Assembly (NCBI GenBank): GCA_039794085.1
Contig: JBDIWC010000041.1
Span: 1-36,930, forward strand
Length of the DNA: 36,930 bases
Reading direction: 5' to 3'
DNA from: Gemmatimonadales bacterium
Lineage (GTDB): Bacteria; Gemmatimonadota; Gemmatimonadetes; Gemmatimonadales; GWC2-71-9
A program made the position numbers and the translations under genes. This document shows, one piece after another, positions 24,556 to 34,452 of this stretch. Numbering within the stretch: position 1 is the first letter of the stretch; each line of letters opens with the position of its first letter. A model generated the notes under the pieces. The model did no database searches. It saw only the letters and a list, made by a program, of their open reading frames with translations, and had not been told where the DNA came from.

Positions 24556-26769
24556 GTGGCGTCAATTGGCCTCTCATCGACTGATCCGTCATGGATCGAT
24601 CCGCTGGCGAAATTTTTGTCGCCAGGGGCCTGGTGGGCATGCCTGGTGGTGCTGGGATTGGGAGTGCCGGGAGGGTCGCTTCCCGCGCAGGACCGGGAGG
24701 AGGAGTCGGGGCTGATCGTGCGCGGACTCCGCTTCGAGGGGAACGAGGCCATCGATGACCTGAGCCTGGCGGCGGCGATCGCCACCACGCGGTCGGGCTG
24801 GTTCGCCACCTCGGCGCTGCGTTTCCTCGGGCTCGGGGCCAAGCGCCGGTTCAGCGAGGTGGAGTTTCGCCGGGACGTGGAGCGGCTGCGGCTCTATTAC
24901 CGTCGCAGTGGTTTTCTCGAGGTGACGGTGGACACCCTCGTCCGGCGCACACCGGAGGATGTGTACATCACGTTCCGGATCCACGAGGGGCGACCGGTTC
25001 TGGTCCGCCGGTTGGATTTTCTTGGCGTGGACACGCTTCCCTTTCGGGACCGGTTGCTCCGGGATCTCCCGCTTCGGCGGGGGCGACCCTTCAACCGGGA
25101 TTCGTTGCGGGCGACCGCGGATACGATTGCGACCCGGCTCCAGAACCGGGGCTACCCCACGGCCGCGGTGTATCTCGCCCCGGCGGGAGATCCGAATGGG
25201 GTGGCCTGGGATGTCGATCCGGTGGCGCGCACGGCCGATGTGGTGCTGCGGGTCGATCCGGGGGCGCGAGCCGTGGTGGGGGATATCCGGGTGATCGGCA
25301 ACAACCGGGTCGATTCGGGCTTCGTGGTGAATCTCCTGGCCACCCAGCCGGGGCGCCTCTATCGACAGCAGGATCTGTTTCAGAGTCAGAGGAATCTGTA
25401 CCGGTCGGACCTGTTCCGGTTTGCGAGTGCCACGATCGACACGTCGCGATTCCGTCCCGGGGAGCCGGTGGTCCCGATCCTGGTACAGGTGGTCGAGGGC
25501 CGGTTGCACCGGGCGCGGGCGTCGGCCGGGTTCGGATCCAACGACTGTTTCCGCACCAGCGCGGGGTGGACCGAGCGGGATTTTCTCGGGCAGGGTCGCA
25601 TCCTCGACGTCTCGGGACAGCTCTCCAAGATCGGCGTGGGCGATCCGTTCAATTTCGGAATGGACAACAATTTCGTGTGCTCCCGGTTGCGGGAGGACTC
25701 GGTGGGGTCGTCGAAGGCCAACTTTGCGGTGAACGTGTCCTGGCGGCAACCGACCTTCCTGTCGCCGTCCAACACGCTCACCTTCTCGGCGTTCACGGAG
25801 CGGCGGTCGGAGTTCCTCGTCTACCTCCGCAACGAGGTCGGGGCCAGTGTCACCCTGGCGCATGAGGGGGCGAGCCGGGTGCCCCTCTCGCTCACCTACC
25901 GGGCGTCCTACGGGCGGACCGAGGCGAACTCGGCCAACTTCTGCGCCTTCTTCAACGCCTGCACCCTCCGCGACATCGACGAGCTCCGCAAGCGCCGGGT
26001 GCTCGCACTCCTCACCGGAACCGCGATTCGGGAGCGCACGGACAATCCCCTGGACCCGACCCGGGGGCAGGTCTACTCCGGCGAGGTCACGATCAGCTCC
26101 CGGCTGATCGGCTCCTCGTCGCTGCAGACCTTCACCCGGGCCGTGGGCGAGGTGACGTTCTATCGTCCGGTCATCGGGGACGTCGTTCTGGCCGTGCGGG
26201 GCCGGGGGGGAGTGATCTTCGCGCCCCAGGTGTCGCTCGACTCGGGGGCCACCAACTTCATTCCCCCGGATCAGCGGTTCTACGCCGGAGGGCCCAACGA
26301 CGTGCGGGGATTCGACCGGAACGAGCTGGGGCCGGTGGCGTATGTGATCGCGTCGAGTGCCCTCTCCCCCGACCCCGAGGCGCCGATCGCACGGGATTCG
26401 GTGCAGGTGTCGCCGGTGGGGGGAAACACGCTGGTGGTGGGGAACGTGGAACTCCGTTTCCCCTCACCGATCGCGGGGCATCGGATCCGGCTGGCGGCGT
26501 TCGTCGATGCGGGCGGGGTGTGGGAACGCGGGGGAAGGGTCCGCGCCCCGGCCCGGATCCGCGCCACGCCGGGACTCGGGATGCGGGTCACCACGCCGCT
26601 CGGGCCGGCGCGCGTGGACGTGGCCTGGAATCCGTACGACCTGGAGTCGGGGCCCCTCTTCGCGGTGGACGAGAACGGGGAACTCTCCCTGGTGCGCACC
26701 GGATTCCGGCCCGATGACCGGAGCCGGTCCCGGTTCACGCTGCATTTTTCCGTGGGGCAGGCGTTCTGA
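24556..26769 (+). CDS. Omp85-family outer membrane protein (TamA/BamA-like) with POTRA domains
   Basis: POTRA repeats (LRFEGNEAI, YYRRSGFLEV, LQNRGYP), FYAGGPNDVRGF lid motif, TPLGPARVD, C-terminal FSVGQAF. Start uncertain. Confidence 0.88.
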   Translation: MASIGLSSTDPSWIDPLAKFLSPGAWWACLVVLGLGVPGGSLPAQDREEESGLIVRGLRFEGNEAIDDLSLAAAIATTRSGWFATSALRFLGLGAKRRFSEVEFRRDVERLRLYYRRSGFLEVTVDTLVRRTPEDVYITFRIHEGRPVLVRRLDFLGVDTLPFRDRLLRDLPLRRGRPFNRDSLRATADTIATRLQNRGYPTAAVYLAPAGDPNGVAWDVDPVARTADVVLRVDPGARAVVGDIRVIGNNRVDSGFVVNLLATQPGRLYRQQDLFQSQRNLYRSDLFRFASATIDTSRFRPGEPVVPILVQVVEGRLHRARASAGFGSNDCFRTSAGWTERDFLGQGRILDVSGQLSKIGVGDPFNFGMDNNFVCSRLREDSVGSSKANFAVNVSWRQPTFLSPSNTLTFSAFTERRSEFLVYLRNEVGASVTLAHEGASRVPLSLTYRASYGRTEANSANFCAFFNACTLRDIDELRKRRVLALLTGTAIRERTDNPLDPTRGQVYSGEVTISSRLIGSSSLQTFTRAVGEVTFYRPVIGDVVLAVRGRGGVIFAPQVSLDSGATNFIPPDQRFYAGGPNDVRGFDRNELGPVAYVIASSALSPDPEAPIARDSVQVSPVGGNTLVVGNVELRFPSPIAGHRIRLAAFVDAGGVWERGGRVRAPARIRATPGLGMRVTTPLGPARVDVAWNPYDLESGPLFAVDENGELSLVRTGFRPDDRSRSRFTLHFSVGQAF

Positions 26770-29700
26770 TGCGCGTCGCCGTGGCGCGGTTCGTGTTCGT
26801 GACACTCTGCAGCCTGCTGGCGACGGTGCTGGGGGCACTCACCGCATTGACCCTCACCGCCACCGGGCGGGACGTGGTGGCCCAGGCGGTGGTTCACGTG
26901 GCGGCGCGGGTGCTGCTGGGATCAATCCGCCTCGGATCGCTGGAGGGCAACTTTCTGCGGACCCTGACGTTTGACGACCTCCAGATCCTCGACACGGCGG
27001 GCACGGCGGTGGTGTCGTTCGACCGCCTGAGTGTGGCCTACGATCCCGCCGATTTCCTCCTGGGCCGCGTGGTCTTCACCTCGGTGACGGCAGAGACGCC
27101 GGTCATGTGGATCTCCCAACGGCCGTCGGGCGTCATGAACTGGAAGGAAGTGCTCCGGCTCGGTGAGAATCCGGGAGGGCCGCCCTCACCGCTGATCGAG
27201 ATCCGGAATCTGGTCGTGACCGACGGGAACATCGAGATCCGGTCCCCCTGGTCGCTGCCCGGCCATCTTCGGGGGGCGGCCCGGGATTCGGCCTGGGCGG
27301 ACGAGCAGCAGAAGCCGGGACGCGAGTTCGACACGGTCTCGACCGACGGGGTGATCCGGGTGCGGAGGTTTGAACGGGTCCGGGCCGAGATCCCCCTGCT
27401 CCGCATCGCCACGCCGGAGCGGGATCCTCTCTTTGTCCGCATCACGTCCCTGGCCGCCTGGATCTCGGATCCGGGGATCGATCTCCGCGACCTGGAAGCC
27501 GAGGTGATGACCGCGGGAGACAGTCTGGTCTTCACGCTGGATCGCGCCCAGCTTCCCGCCACGCGGGTCTCGGGCGAGGGGCGGGTCACCTGGCCCGCGG
27601 ACACCGTGCTTTTCGATTTTCGGATGGAGGCGCCCCAGGTGGCGCTCCGCGACCTGCGATGGATCACCCCCCACTTTCCGAACCTGACGGGGCGGGGGAG
27701 GATGGAGGCGCTTTCGCGGAGCGGGATGCAGGTGGAGTACGACGTTCGGGATCTCCACCTGTCCGACGACGTGAGCGCCGTCGACGGCCAGGTGATCGCC
27801 ATCAAGCACCAGATCCGAGGGCTCGGGGTGCGCAACCTCGATGTGCAGCTTCGGCAGTTCGACCTCGACCTGGCTCGCCGGTTCCTGGACACCCTCCCCT
27901 TCGCTGGGACCCTGACCGGTTCGCTCCGGGCCTCCGGCTTCCTCACCGCCCTGCGCCTGCGCACGGACTGGGTCTTCCAGGACCATACCGTGCCGGGTCA
28001 CCCTTCCAACCTGGCCCGGATCGATGGCCGGATCCGGTTCGGGGGCCCGAACGGCATCGTGTTCGACAGCACCAACGTGATCGCCGCCGATCTCGATCTG
28101 GAGACGGTGCGCCGCATGGCCCCCGCCGTGCGCCTGGCGGGACGCTTCGCCCTGGGGGGAATGATCGATGGACCGTGGAGGAACGCGACCTTCACCGGCG
28201 TGGTGGAACATCGCCTCGAATCGATTCCCCCCAGCCTGGCCCAGGGGACCTTTCGCTTCGACGGGCGGGACACGACGGAGGTGGTGATCGACGTGGACGC
28301 CGACCTGGCTCCGCTTCGCTTCGACCTGCTTCGGCCCACCTTCCCGAATTTCACCCTGCGGGGCACGGCCGTGGGGCATGTGCGCATCCAGGGGACGATG
28401 GATTCCCTGTCGGTCGAGGGAGACGTGAACGGCGAGATGGGACGGGTTCGAGGGGATGGCGTGATCAGCCTCGGCGACACCACAGGAGCCTGGGCGGCGG
28501 AGAGACTGGACCTGGAGTTCACCGCGCTCGATCTGGAGGCGCTGCGGAGCACGGGCCTGCCGACCCACCTCACGGGTGTGCTGATGGCGCGAGGGGTCGT
28601 GGCGAGCGACACGCTCTGGACCGGATCGGGCTTCCTGTCACTCCACGAGAGCCGCGTCGGAGGGATCCCGCTCGACTCCGCGGTGTTCCGCGGGTCGCTG
28701 ATCGATGATCTGCTGACGGTGGACACCATCGGTGTCTCCTGGGGGGGAGGATTCCTGGCCGGCGGGGGCGCGCTCGGCTGGACCGGCGCCCACGAGGGGC
28801 AGCTGACCCTGCGCAGCGCCAGCCGGGGTCTGGCGCTCTTCGACAGCACCCTCGACGCCCTCACCGGGTTCCGCGCCGAGGACGAGGAGGAGCACCGCGG
28901 CCTCGATGGCCGCTTTGCCGCGGTCGGGGTGGTGCGGGGGTCCCTGGATGACTGGACCGGGGCCATCCAGGTCAACGCGCTCGAGGCCCGCTGGCACGAG
29001 ACGTCGAGCACTGCGATGCGCGGCCTGGCCACACTCTCCGGAGGGCGGACCCGACCCACCGGGTTCGATCTCTTTCTCGAGGCCGACTCCCTCCGAACGG
29101 CCCGCCTGGCCTATCCCACCGTGACCGTCACGGCGACCGGAACCACCGATTCGCTCGCGTGGTCCGTGGCCCCGGTCGATCCGGCCGGCCGCACCGGGTG
29201 GCTCGGGGGTTACCTCGCCCTGGGGCCCGAGACGGGAACGGCTCGGGTGTGGCTCGACTCCCTCCGGCTGGACCTTCCGGCCCACACCTGGACCCTGGGG
29301 GACCGGGGCATGATCACCATCACGGACGACGGGGTGACGCTGGCCCGCCACCGTCTGACCACCCGGGATGGGGGAGGACAGATCTCCCTGGAGGGATCTC
29401 TCCCCGCGGACGGTACCGGCACGCTCGACCTGTCGGCTGTCGGCGTGGCGCTCGGGGACGTGTATGCCGTGCTCCAGCGAGACCCCTCGACCGTGGCCGG
29501 GATGGCCTCGATGGATGTGAGTCTCACCGGGACTACCCGGCAACCGGTGATCCGAGGCACCGGGTCGATCACCGGCGGAGTCTTCGGCGATTTCCGCGCC
29601 CCGTTCGGTCGCACCGCCTTCTACTACACCGACGAGGTGCTGAGCGCCAACCTCAGCTTCTTCCGAACCGGCCGGACGGTTCTCGAAGTCGACGCCCGGA

Positions 29701-31169
29701 TTCCCGTCAACCTTGCGCTGGCCCCCACCCCGAGCCGGGAACGCCCCGGCCCGCTCGCCATCCGGGCCCGGACCGACAGCCTCGATCTCGGCGTGCTGGA
29801 GGCCTTTACGCCCAACCTCCGCCAGGTCGGCGGGCAGATGGCGGTGGATGTGACGGTGGATGGGACCTGGGAGAGACCTCGGCTGGGAGGGTCCATCTCC
29901 ATCGACCAGGGCCGAGTCCGCGTGCCTCCGCTGGGGGTGTCCTACGGGCCGATCGTGGGGGCGATCCATCTCGCGGGTGACTCCGTCCTCGTGGACAGCC
30001 TGCGGATCGGGAATCGGTCGTCCGGATTTCTGGATGTCGTGGGGGGAATCCGGTTGGAACGACTCACCCAGCCGGTGCTCGGGTTGACCCTGCACGCCGA
30101 GCGGTTCGAGGTGCTCGATGTCCCGGATTTTCTCCGTCTCCGGGCCACCGCTGACATGGACCTCCGGGGTACCCTGCTCAATCCCGTCCTGACGGGGCGT
30201 GGCACGGTCCGGAACAGTGTGCTCTATTTTTCGGATCTTCTCACCAAGGACATCGTGAACCTGGACGACCCTCTGAACGCCGACCTGATCGACACGGCGG
30301 CGATCCGGCGGGCCCGGCTCAGCGCCCCGTTTCAGAGCCGGTTCCTCGATTCGCTCCTGATCCAGCGCCTGGAACTGCGGGTGGCCGAGGATGTGTGGCT
30401 CCGGTCCGCGGAAGCGAACGTGCAGCTGGAGGGCACGGTGATCGTGGACAAGGGCCGCCAGCGGAACTATCTGATCAGCGGGGCCCTCGATGCCCCGCGC
30501 GGGAGCTATACGCTCAAGCTCGGTCCGGTGACGCGGGACTTCACCGTGACCCGCGGAACCGTGCGCTACTTCGGCACCCCGGACCTGAACGCGGAGCTCG
30601 ACATCGAGGCCCGGCACCTGATCCGGTCCAACACCGCCCAGGCCGAGGATCTCCCGATCGTGGCGCACATCGAGGGCACCCTGCTCGTGCCCCGGCTCCG
30701 GCTCGAGAGCGCCTCCCAGACCACCCTCTCCCAGAGTGACCTGATGACCGTGCTTCTCTTCGGAGGCGAAGTGAACCAGCAGAGTGCCCTGACCACCGCG
30801 GCGTCCGTGCTCTCCGCGGAGATCCAGCGTTCGCTCGTGGCCAACCAGAGCCCGGGGGCTCCCGATCTCCTGGAGATTCGCCCCGGGGCGGTTGGCCGGG
30901 GGGAAATCCGGGGCATCAACCAGATCCAGGCGGGGTGGCAGCTGGGAGAGCGGTGGTTCGTGTCGCTCAATGCGGGGTTCTGTTTCAACCAGCAGAACTT
31001 CGACTATCGGAGCTTTGGCGCCAGCCTCGAATACCGTCTCAGCCGCGATTGGCGCCTCCAGGTGAGCGCCGAGCCGGTTCAATTCTGTGGAACCTCCCGC
31101 GCCGTCAACTTTCTGGACCGCAACCGCTACCAGTTCGGTGGGGACCTGCGGTGGGATCGGGAGTTCTGA
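26769..31169 (+). CDS. tamB: Translocation/assembly module TamB-like protein
   Basis: 1466 aa, N-terminal membrane anchor, beta-rich repeats, C-terminal DUF490-like region (GTVRYFGTPDLNAELDIEA, HIEGTLLVPRLRLES); coupled to the Omp85 gene. Confidence 0.8.
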   Translation: MRVAVARFVFVTLCSLLATVLGALTALTLTATGRDVVAQAVVHVAARVLLGSIRLGSLEGNFLRTLTFDDLQILDTAGTAVVSFDRLSVAYDPADFLLGRVVFTSVTAETPVMWISQRPSGVMNWKEVLRLGENPGGPPSPLIEIRNLVVTDGNIEIRSPWSLPGHLRGAARDSAWADEQQKPGREFDTVSTDGVIRVRRFERVRAEIPLLRIATPERDPLFVRITSLAAWISDPGIDLRDLEAEVMTAGDSLVFTLDRAQLPATRVSGEGRVTWPADTVLFDFRMEAPQVALRDLRWITPHFPNLTGRGRMEALSRSGMQVEYDVRDLHLSDDVSAVDGQVIAIKHQIRGLGVRNLDVQLRQFDLDLARRFLDTLPFAGTLTGSLRASGFLTALRLRTDWVFQDHTVPGHPSNLARIDGRIRFGGPNGIVFDSTNVIAADLDLETVRRMAPAVRLAGRFALGGMIDGPWRNATFTGVVEHRLESIPPSLAQGTFRFDGRDTTEVVIDVDADLAPLRFDLLRPTFPNFTLRGTAVGHVRIQGTMDSLSVEGDVNGEMGRVRGDGVISLGDTTGAWAAERLDLEFTALDLEALRSTGLPTHLTGVLMARGVVASDTLWTGSGFLSLHESRVGGIPLDSAVFRGSLIDDLLTVDTIGVSWGGGFLAGGGALGWTGAHEGQLTLRSASRGLALFDSTLDALTGFRAEDEEEHRGLDGRFAAVGVVRGSLDDWTGAIQVNALEARWHETSSTAMRGLATLSGGRTRPTGFDLFLEADSLRTARLAYPTVTVTATGTTDSLAWSVAPVDPAGRTGWLGGYLALGPETGTARVWLDSLRLDLPAHTWTLGDRGMITITDDGVTLARHRLTTRDGGGQISLEGSLPADGTGTLDLSAVGVALGDVYAVLQRDPSTVAGMASMDVSLTGTTRQPVIRGTGSITGGVFGDFRAPFGRTAFYYTDEVLSANLSFFRTGRTVLEVDARIPVNLALAPTPSRERPGPLAIRARTDSLDLGVLEAFTPNLRQVGGQMAVDVTVDGTWERPRLGGSISIDQGRVRVPPLGVSYGPIVGAIHLAGDSVLVDSLRIGNRSSGFLDVVGGIRLERLTQPVLGLTLHAERFEVLDVPDFLRLRATADMDLRGTLLNPVLTGRGTVRNSVLYFSDLLTKDIVNLDDPLNADLIDTAAIRRARLSAPFQSRFLDSLLIQRLELRVAEDVWLRSAEANVQLEGTVIVDKGRQRNYLISGALDAPRGSYTLKLGPVTRDFTVTRGTVRYFGTPDLNAELDIEARHLIRSNTAQAEDLPIVAHIEGTLLVPRLRLESASQTTLSQSDLMTVLLFGGEVNQQSALTTAASVLSAEIQRSLVANQSPGAPDLLEIRPGAVGRGEIRGINQIQAGWQLGERWFVSLNAGFCFNQQNFDYRSFGASLEYRLSRDWRLQVSAEPVQFCGTSRAVNFLDRNRYQFGGDLRWDREF

Positions 31170-32089
31170 TGCCGTCACTGCTGTTGATCACCAATCTGGT
31201 GGCCGCCCGCACCAGTGAACGGGTCCTGCGGCGGGTCCGGGACCGGCTGGAGGCGGGGGGCCTCACCGTGGAGACGGCCCTCACGAGTGCCCCCGGGGAC
31301 GCCCGCCGCTTCGCCGAGGAGGCGGTGGCCCGGGGAGTGGATGGGGTCGCCGTGTTCGGGGGAGACGGGACCACGATGCGGGTCGCGGCGGCCCTCGTCG
31401 GAACCGGCGTCCCCCTGGGTCTCATTCCGGGGGGAACCGGCAACCTGCTCGCCGGCAATCTCCGGATTCCCCGGTCCCCGGTCGCGGCTGCCGAGGTGAT
31501 CCTGGCGGGACATCATCGCCCGGTGGACCTGGGACGGGTGGAGCGTCCGGATGGGGTGCACTACTTCGCCGTGGCCGGCGGGGCCGGACTGGACGCCCTC
31601 GTCATGGGGGGGACCTCCGCCGAGGCCAAGCGCCGGTTTGGAAGTGCCGCCTACTGGGCCACGACCTTCCGGATGCTGCCCGCCTTTCGGACCTCGCCCT
31701 TCCGGCTGGTGCTGGATGGTACGCCGGTTGAAACGGACGCCACGCTCGTGCTGGTGATCAACTGTTCCGAGGCCTTTCCGCCCCACCTGCCCATGGGACC
31801 CTCCATCGCCCTGGACGACGGGTGGCTCAACGTCACCATCGTCCGGGTGAATGGCCTGGGCCAGGCCGTCCGGGTGCTCTGGCACCTGGCCCGCAGGCAC
31901 CGCGGGACGGGGCCGGGCCGGCTCCTCGAGTTTCACCGGGTCCGCGCAGTGACCATCAGCACCGTGCCGGAACAGGGAGTCCAGTTGGACGGAGACCCGT
32001 GCGGCATGACGCCACTGACGGCCACAGTCGTTCCCGCGGCCATCGACATCTTTGCCCCTCCTTCCGCTTCCTCCACGAGACGGTCATGA
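31169..32089 (+). CDS. Diacylglycerol/lipid kinase family protein (YegS/DagK-like)
   Basis: GGDGT, LGLIPGGTGNLLA, GAGLDA, DDGWL, QLDGD; TGATG overlap. Confidence 0.9.
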   Translation: MPSLLLITNLVAARTSERVLRRVRDRLEAGGLTVETALTSAPGDARRFAEEAVARGVDGVAVFGGDGTTMRVAAALVGTGVPLGLIPGGTGNLLAGNLRIPRSPVAAAEVILAGHHRPVDLGRVERPDGVHYFAVAGGAGLDALVMGGTSAEAKRRFGSAAYWATTFRMLPAFRTSPFRLVLDGTPVETDATLVLVINCSEAFPPHLPMGPSIALDDGWLNVTIVRVNGLGQAVRVLWHLARRHRGTGPGRLLEFHRVRAVTISTVPEQGVQLDGDPCGMTPLTATVVPAAIDIFAPPSASSTRRS

Positions 32090-33456
32090 CAGACACGATT
32101 CTCCTGATCCATCACGAGGCCGATCACCTGCGCCAGACCGGGGCCCGGTTCGAGCGATTGGGGTACGACGTGGCCCGTGAACTCGATCCCGCCTCCGGTC
32201 TGGCCGCGTTCGACCGGCTTCGTCCCGATGTGGTGGTGGTCGATCTTCCGTTGGAGGCGCCGCCGACCGGCGAGGCGATCACCCACCTGCTCGCCCGTCG
32301 CGCGGTGGTGGTCCTCGTGGTCCACGCCCTCGACGCCGAGCCCGTGGCCTCCTGGCTCGAGGCCGGCGTGGACCAGGTGGTGCCCCGGGGCGCCTCCCCC
32401 TCGGAGGATGAGGTCGATCCCTGGCTCGCGGCGGCCGTGGCCCGGGCGGCGGACCATGCGCGGACCCGCCGTCTCCAGCAATTGCTCCACCTCCGGGACA
32501 GCGTCGCGGAACAGGGAGGACGCGAAGCTCTCGGGACATCCGCCCGCATGCGCGATCTGGCACGCCAGGTGGGGGCGCTGGCCCAGAGCGAACGGGCCAC
32601 CGTCTTCCTCACGGGCCCTCGCGGCGTGGGCAAGGGGTGGATGGCCCGGCTGCTGCACGACCTGGGCCCCCGGGCCGGGGCCCCCTTCTTCGAGGTGACG
32701 ACCGCGGGCCGGACCGTGCAGGAACTGGAGTCGCTCCTGTTCGGTCACGAACGAGGGGCCTTCGAGGGCGCGCGGTCCCGGCGGCTCGGTCTCTATGAGC
32801 TCGCCGAGGGCGGGACGCTGTATCTGGGCGATGTGGATCGCCTCCCGGTGGAATTGCAGCCCGGCATCCTGCGGCTCCTCGAATCCCGGACCTTTCGGCG
32901 AGCGGGGGGCCAGCGGGAACTGACCGCCGACACCCGCCTCCTGGCGGGGAGCGACGCCGACCTGGCCCGGGCCGTGGAAGAGGATCGCTTTCGCGGGGAC
33001 CTGTATTATCGGCTGAGCGTGGTCCGGTTGCCGATTCCTTCCCTGGCCGAGCGGGAGGAGGTGGACCGGCTCGCGCTGGTGAACCGTCTCTACGGCTCGA
33101 TCCAGCACTCGATCCCCGGGGCCCCACCCGCCATCGCGGTGGAAACCTACGAGCGGTTGCTCTCCTATCCCTGGCCCGGCAACATCCGCGAGATGCGGCT
33201 GGTGCTGGAGCGAGGGGCGATCCTGGCCCACGGCCAGCCGTCCATCAACGTCGAGCATCTGCCCGGGGAGTTTCGGGCCCGGGCGGGGCTGGGTGATCGC
33301 CGCCACACCCCGATGACCCTGGAGGAGCTTGAACGGGGGCACATCGAACGGACCCTGCGATATTACGGGGGGAACCGGACCAAGGCGTCGAAGGAACTGG
33401 ACATCTCTCGCGCGACCCTGATCAACAAGGTGAAGCGCTACAACCTGACGGAGTGA
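32086..33456 (+). CDS. NtrC-like sigma54 enhancer-binding protein (receiver-AAA-Fis HTH) with degenerate motifs
   Basis: ESLLFGHERGAFEGA, FRGDLYYRL, WPGNIREM, GGNRTKASKELDISRATL; ATG 32086. Confidence 0.88.
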   Translation: MTDTILLIHHEADHLRQTGARFERLGYDVARELDPASGLAAFDRLRPDVVVVDLPLEAPPTGEAITHLLARRAVVVLVVHALDAEPVASWLEAGVDQVVPRGASPSEDEVDPWLAAAVARAADHARTRRLQQLLHLRDSVAEQGGREALGTSARMRDLARQVGALAQSERATVFLTGPRGVGKGWMARLLHDLGPRAGAPFFEVTTAGRTVQELESLLFGHERGAFEGARSRRLGLYELAEGGTLYLGDVDRLPVELQPGILRLLESRTFRRAGGQRELTADTRLLAGSDADLARAVEEDRFRGDLYYRLSVVRLPIPSLAEREEVDRLALVNRLYGSIQHSIPGAPPAIAVETYERLLSYPWPGNIREMRLVLERGAILAHGQPSINVEHLPGEFRARAGLGDRRHTPMTLEELERGHIERTLRYYGGNRTKASKELDISRATLINKVKRYNLTE

Positions 33457-33463
33457 CCTTCGG

Positions 33464-33643
33464 ATGACCGACAAGCCTCCCGCACCCGATGCCATGATCT
33501 GCCGTTCCTGCCAGCAGGAGGAACGGGCGAGCGAGGGCTACCCCTGCGCCGGATGCGGCACCTTCATCTGCGTGATCTGCACCGTGCGCGGTGTCACCCG
33601 GTGCCGGACCTGCGCGGCGTCCGCCGGGGGAGCGGGATCATGA
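33464..33643 (+). CDS. Small four-CXXC zinc-finger-like protein, 59 aa (absent from the supplied ORF track)
   Basis: Hand translation: MTDKPPAPDAMICRSCQQEERASEGYPCAGCGTFICVICTVRGVTRCRTCAASAGGAGS. GGAG upstream, ATGA overlap with the next gene, fills the operon gap exactly. Confidence 0.8.
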   Translation: MTDKPPAPDAMICRSCQQEERASEGYPCAGCGTFICVICTVRGVTRCRTCAASAGGAGS

Positions 33644-34452
33644 TCACGGAGGGGACGGTGGTGGCCCGGGTGCCGCTGGTCCCGGTGCAGGCCGAGCCGT
33701 CCCTGCGGGCGGAGATGGTGACGGAACTGGTGGCCGGCGAGCTGGCGGACGTCACCGGCCGGGAGGGCGAGTGGCTCGCGGTGCGCACGCGGGTGGACCG
33801 GTACGACGGATTTGTCCACGAGGGGTATGTGACGCCGGTGGAGGGGGAGGACGTGGCGCTCTGGGAACGCGCCGCCTGGTGCGGTGGCGGAAGTGGCGAC
33901 GTGGTGTTCGCGGTGGCGGGGGACCGGATGACGTACCCGCTCCGCGCCCGTGTTCTGCTCCTGGAGGACGGGTGGGTAAATCTTCCCGATGGGCGGTCGG
34001 CGGAGCTGGTCCGGGGCCAGGTGTTTCCGCTGGAGCAGGCGATGGCCCGGACGGCGCGCCAACCGGTTCATCGCTGGGTGACGGCCGCCTTTGCCGGCAC
34101 ACCGTACCGCTGGGGGGGAGTAACCCCGTGGGGGGCCGATTGCTCGGGTCTGGTGCAGACGGCGTGGCGTGCCCGGGGGGTTTACCTCCCCCGCGACGCC
34201 GGCGACCAGGCCCTGGTGGGAGACGTCGTGTCTCCCGATGCCATCGCCCCCGACGACCTGCTCTGCTTCCGGGGCGACGTCACCGACCGGATCACCCACG
34301 TGGCCATCGCCGCTCCGGAGGGGCACCTCATCCACTCCACCGTGTCCTGTGGTGGCCTGACGGTGGAATCACTGCATGACTCCCCCCGCGGCGCCGCGCT
34401 GCGCGAACGGCTGGTGTCGGTGCGCCGGATCACCCGGCGGCGGCCCGCATGA
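33640..34452 (+). CDS. SH3 plus NlpC/P60 (C40) cell-wall peptidase
   Basis: GTPYRWGGVTPWGADCSGLVQ, LPRDAGDQ, ITHVAI, LIHS; N-terminal SH3b-like EWLAVRTRVDRYDGFV. Confidence 0.9.
   Translation: MITEGTVVARVPLVPVQAEPSLRAEMVTELVAGELADVTGREGEWLAVRTRVDRYDGFVHEGYVTPVEGEDVALWERAAWCGGGSGDVVFAVAGDRMTYPLRARVLLLEDGWVNLPDGRSAELVRGQVFPLEQAMARTARQPVHRWVTAAFAGTPYRWGGVTPWGADCSGLVQTAWRARGVYLPRDAGDQALVGDVVSPDAIAPDDLLCFRGDVTDRITHVAIAAPEGHLIHSTVSCGGLTVESLHDSPRGAALRERLVSVRRITRRRPA

Noticed and set aside
28638..31178. Long antisense ORFs (846 aa here; also 8537-10252, 14056-15507, 21601-23442, 31933-33495 and others)
   Set aside because: Shadow ORFs typical of high-GC coding DNA, lying opposite or out of frame with well-supported genes and lacking recognisable motifs
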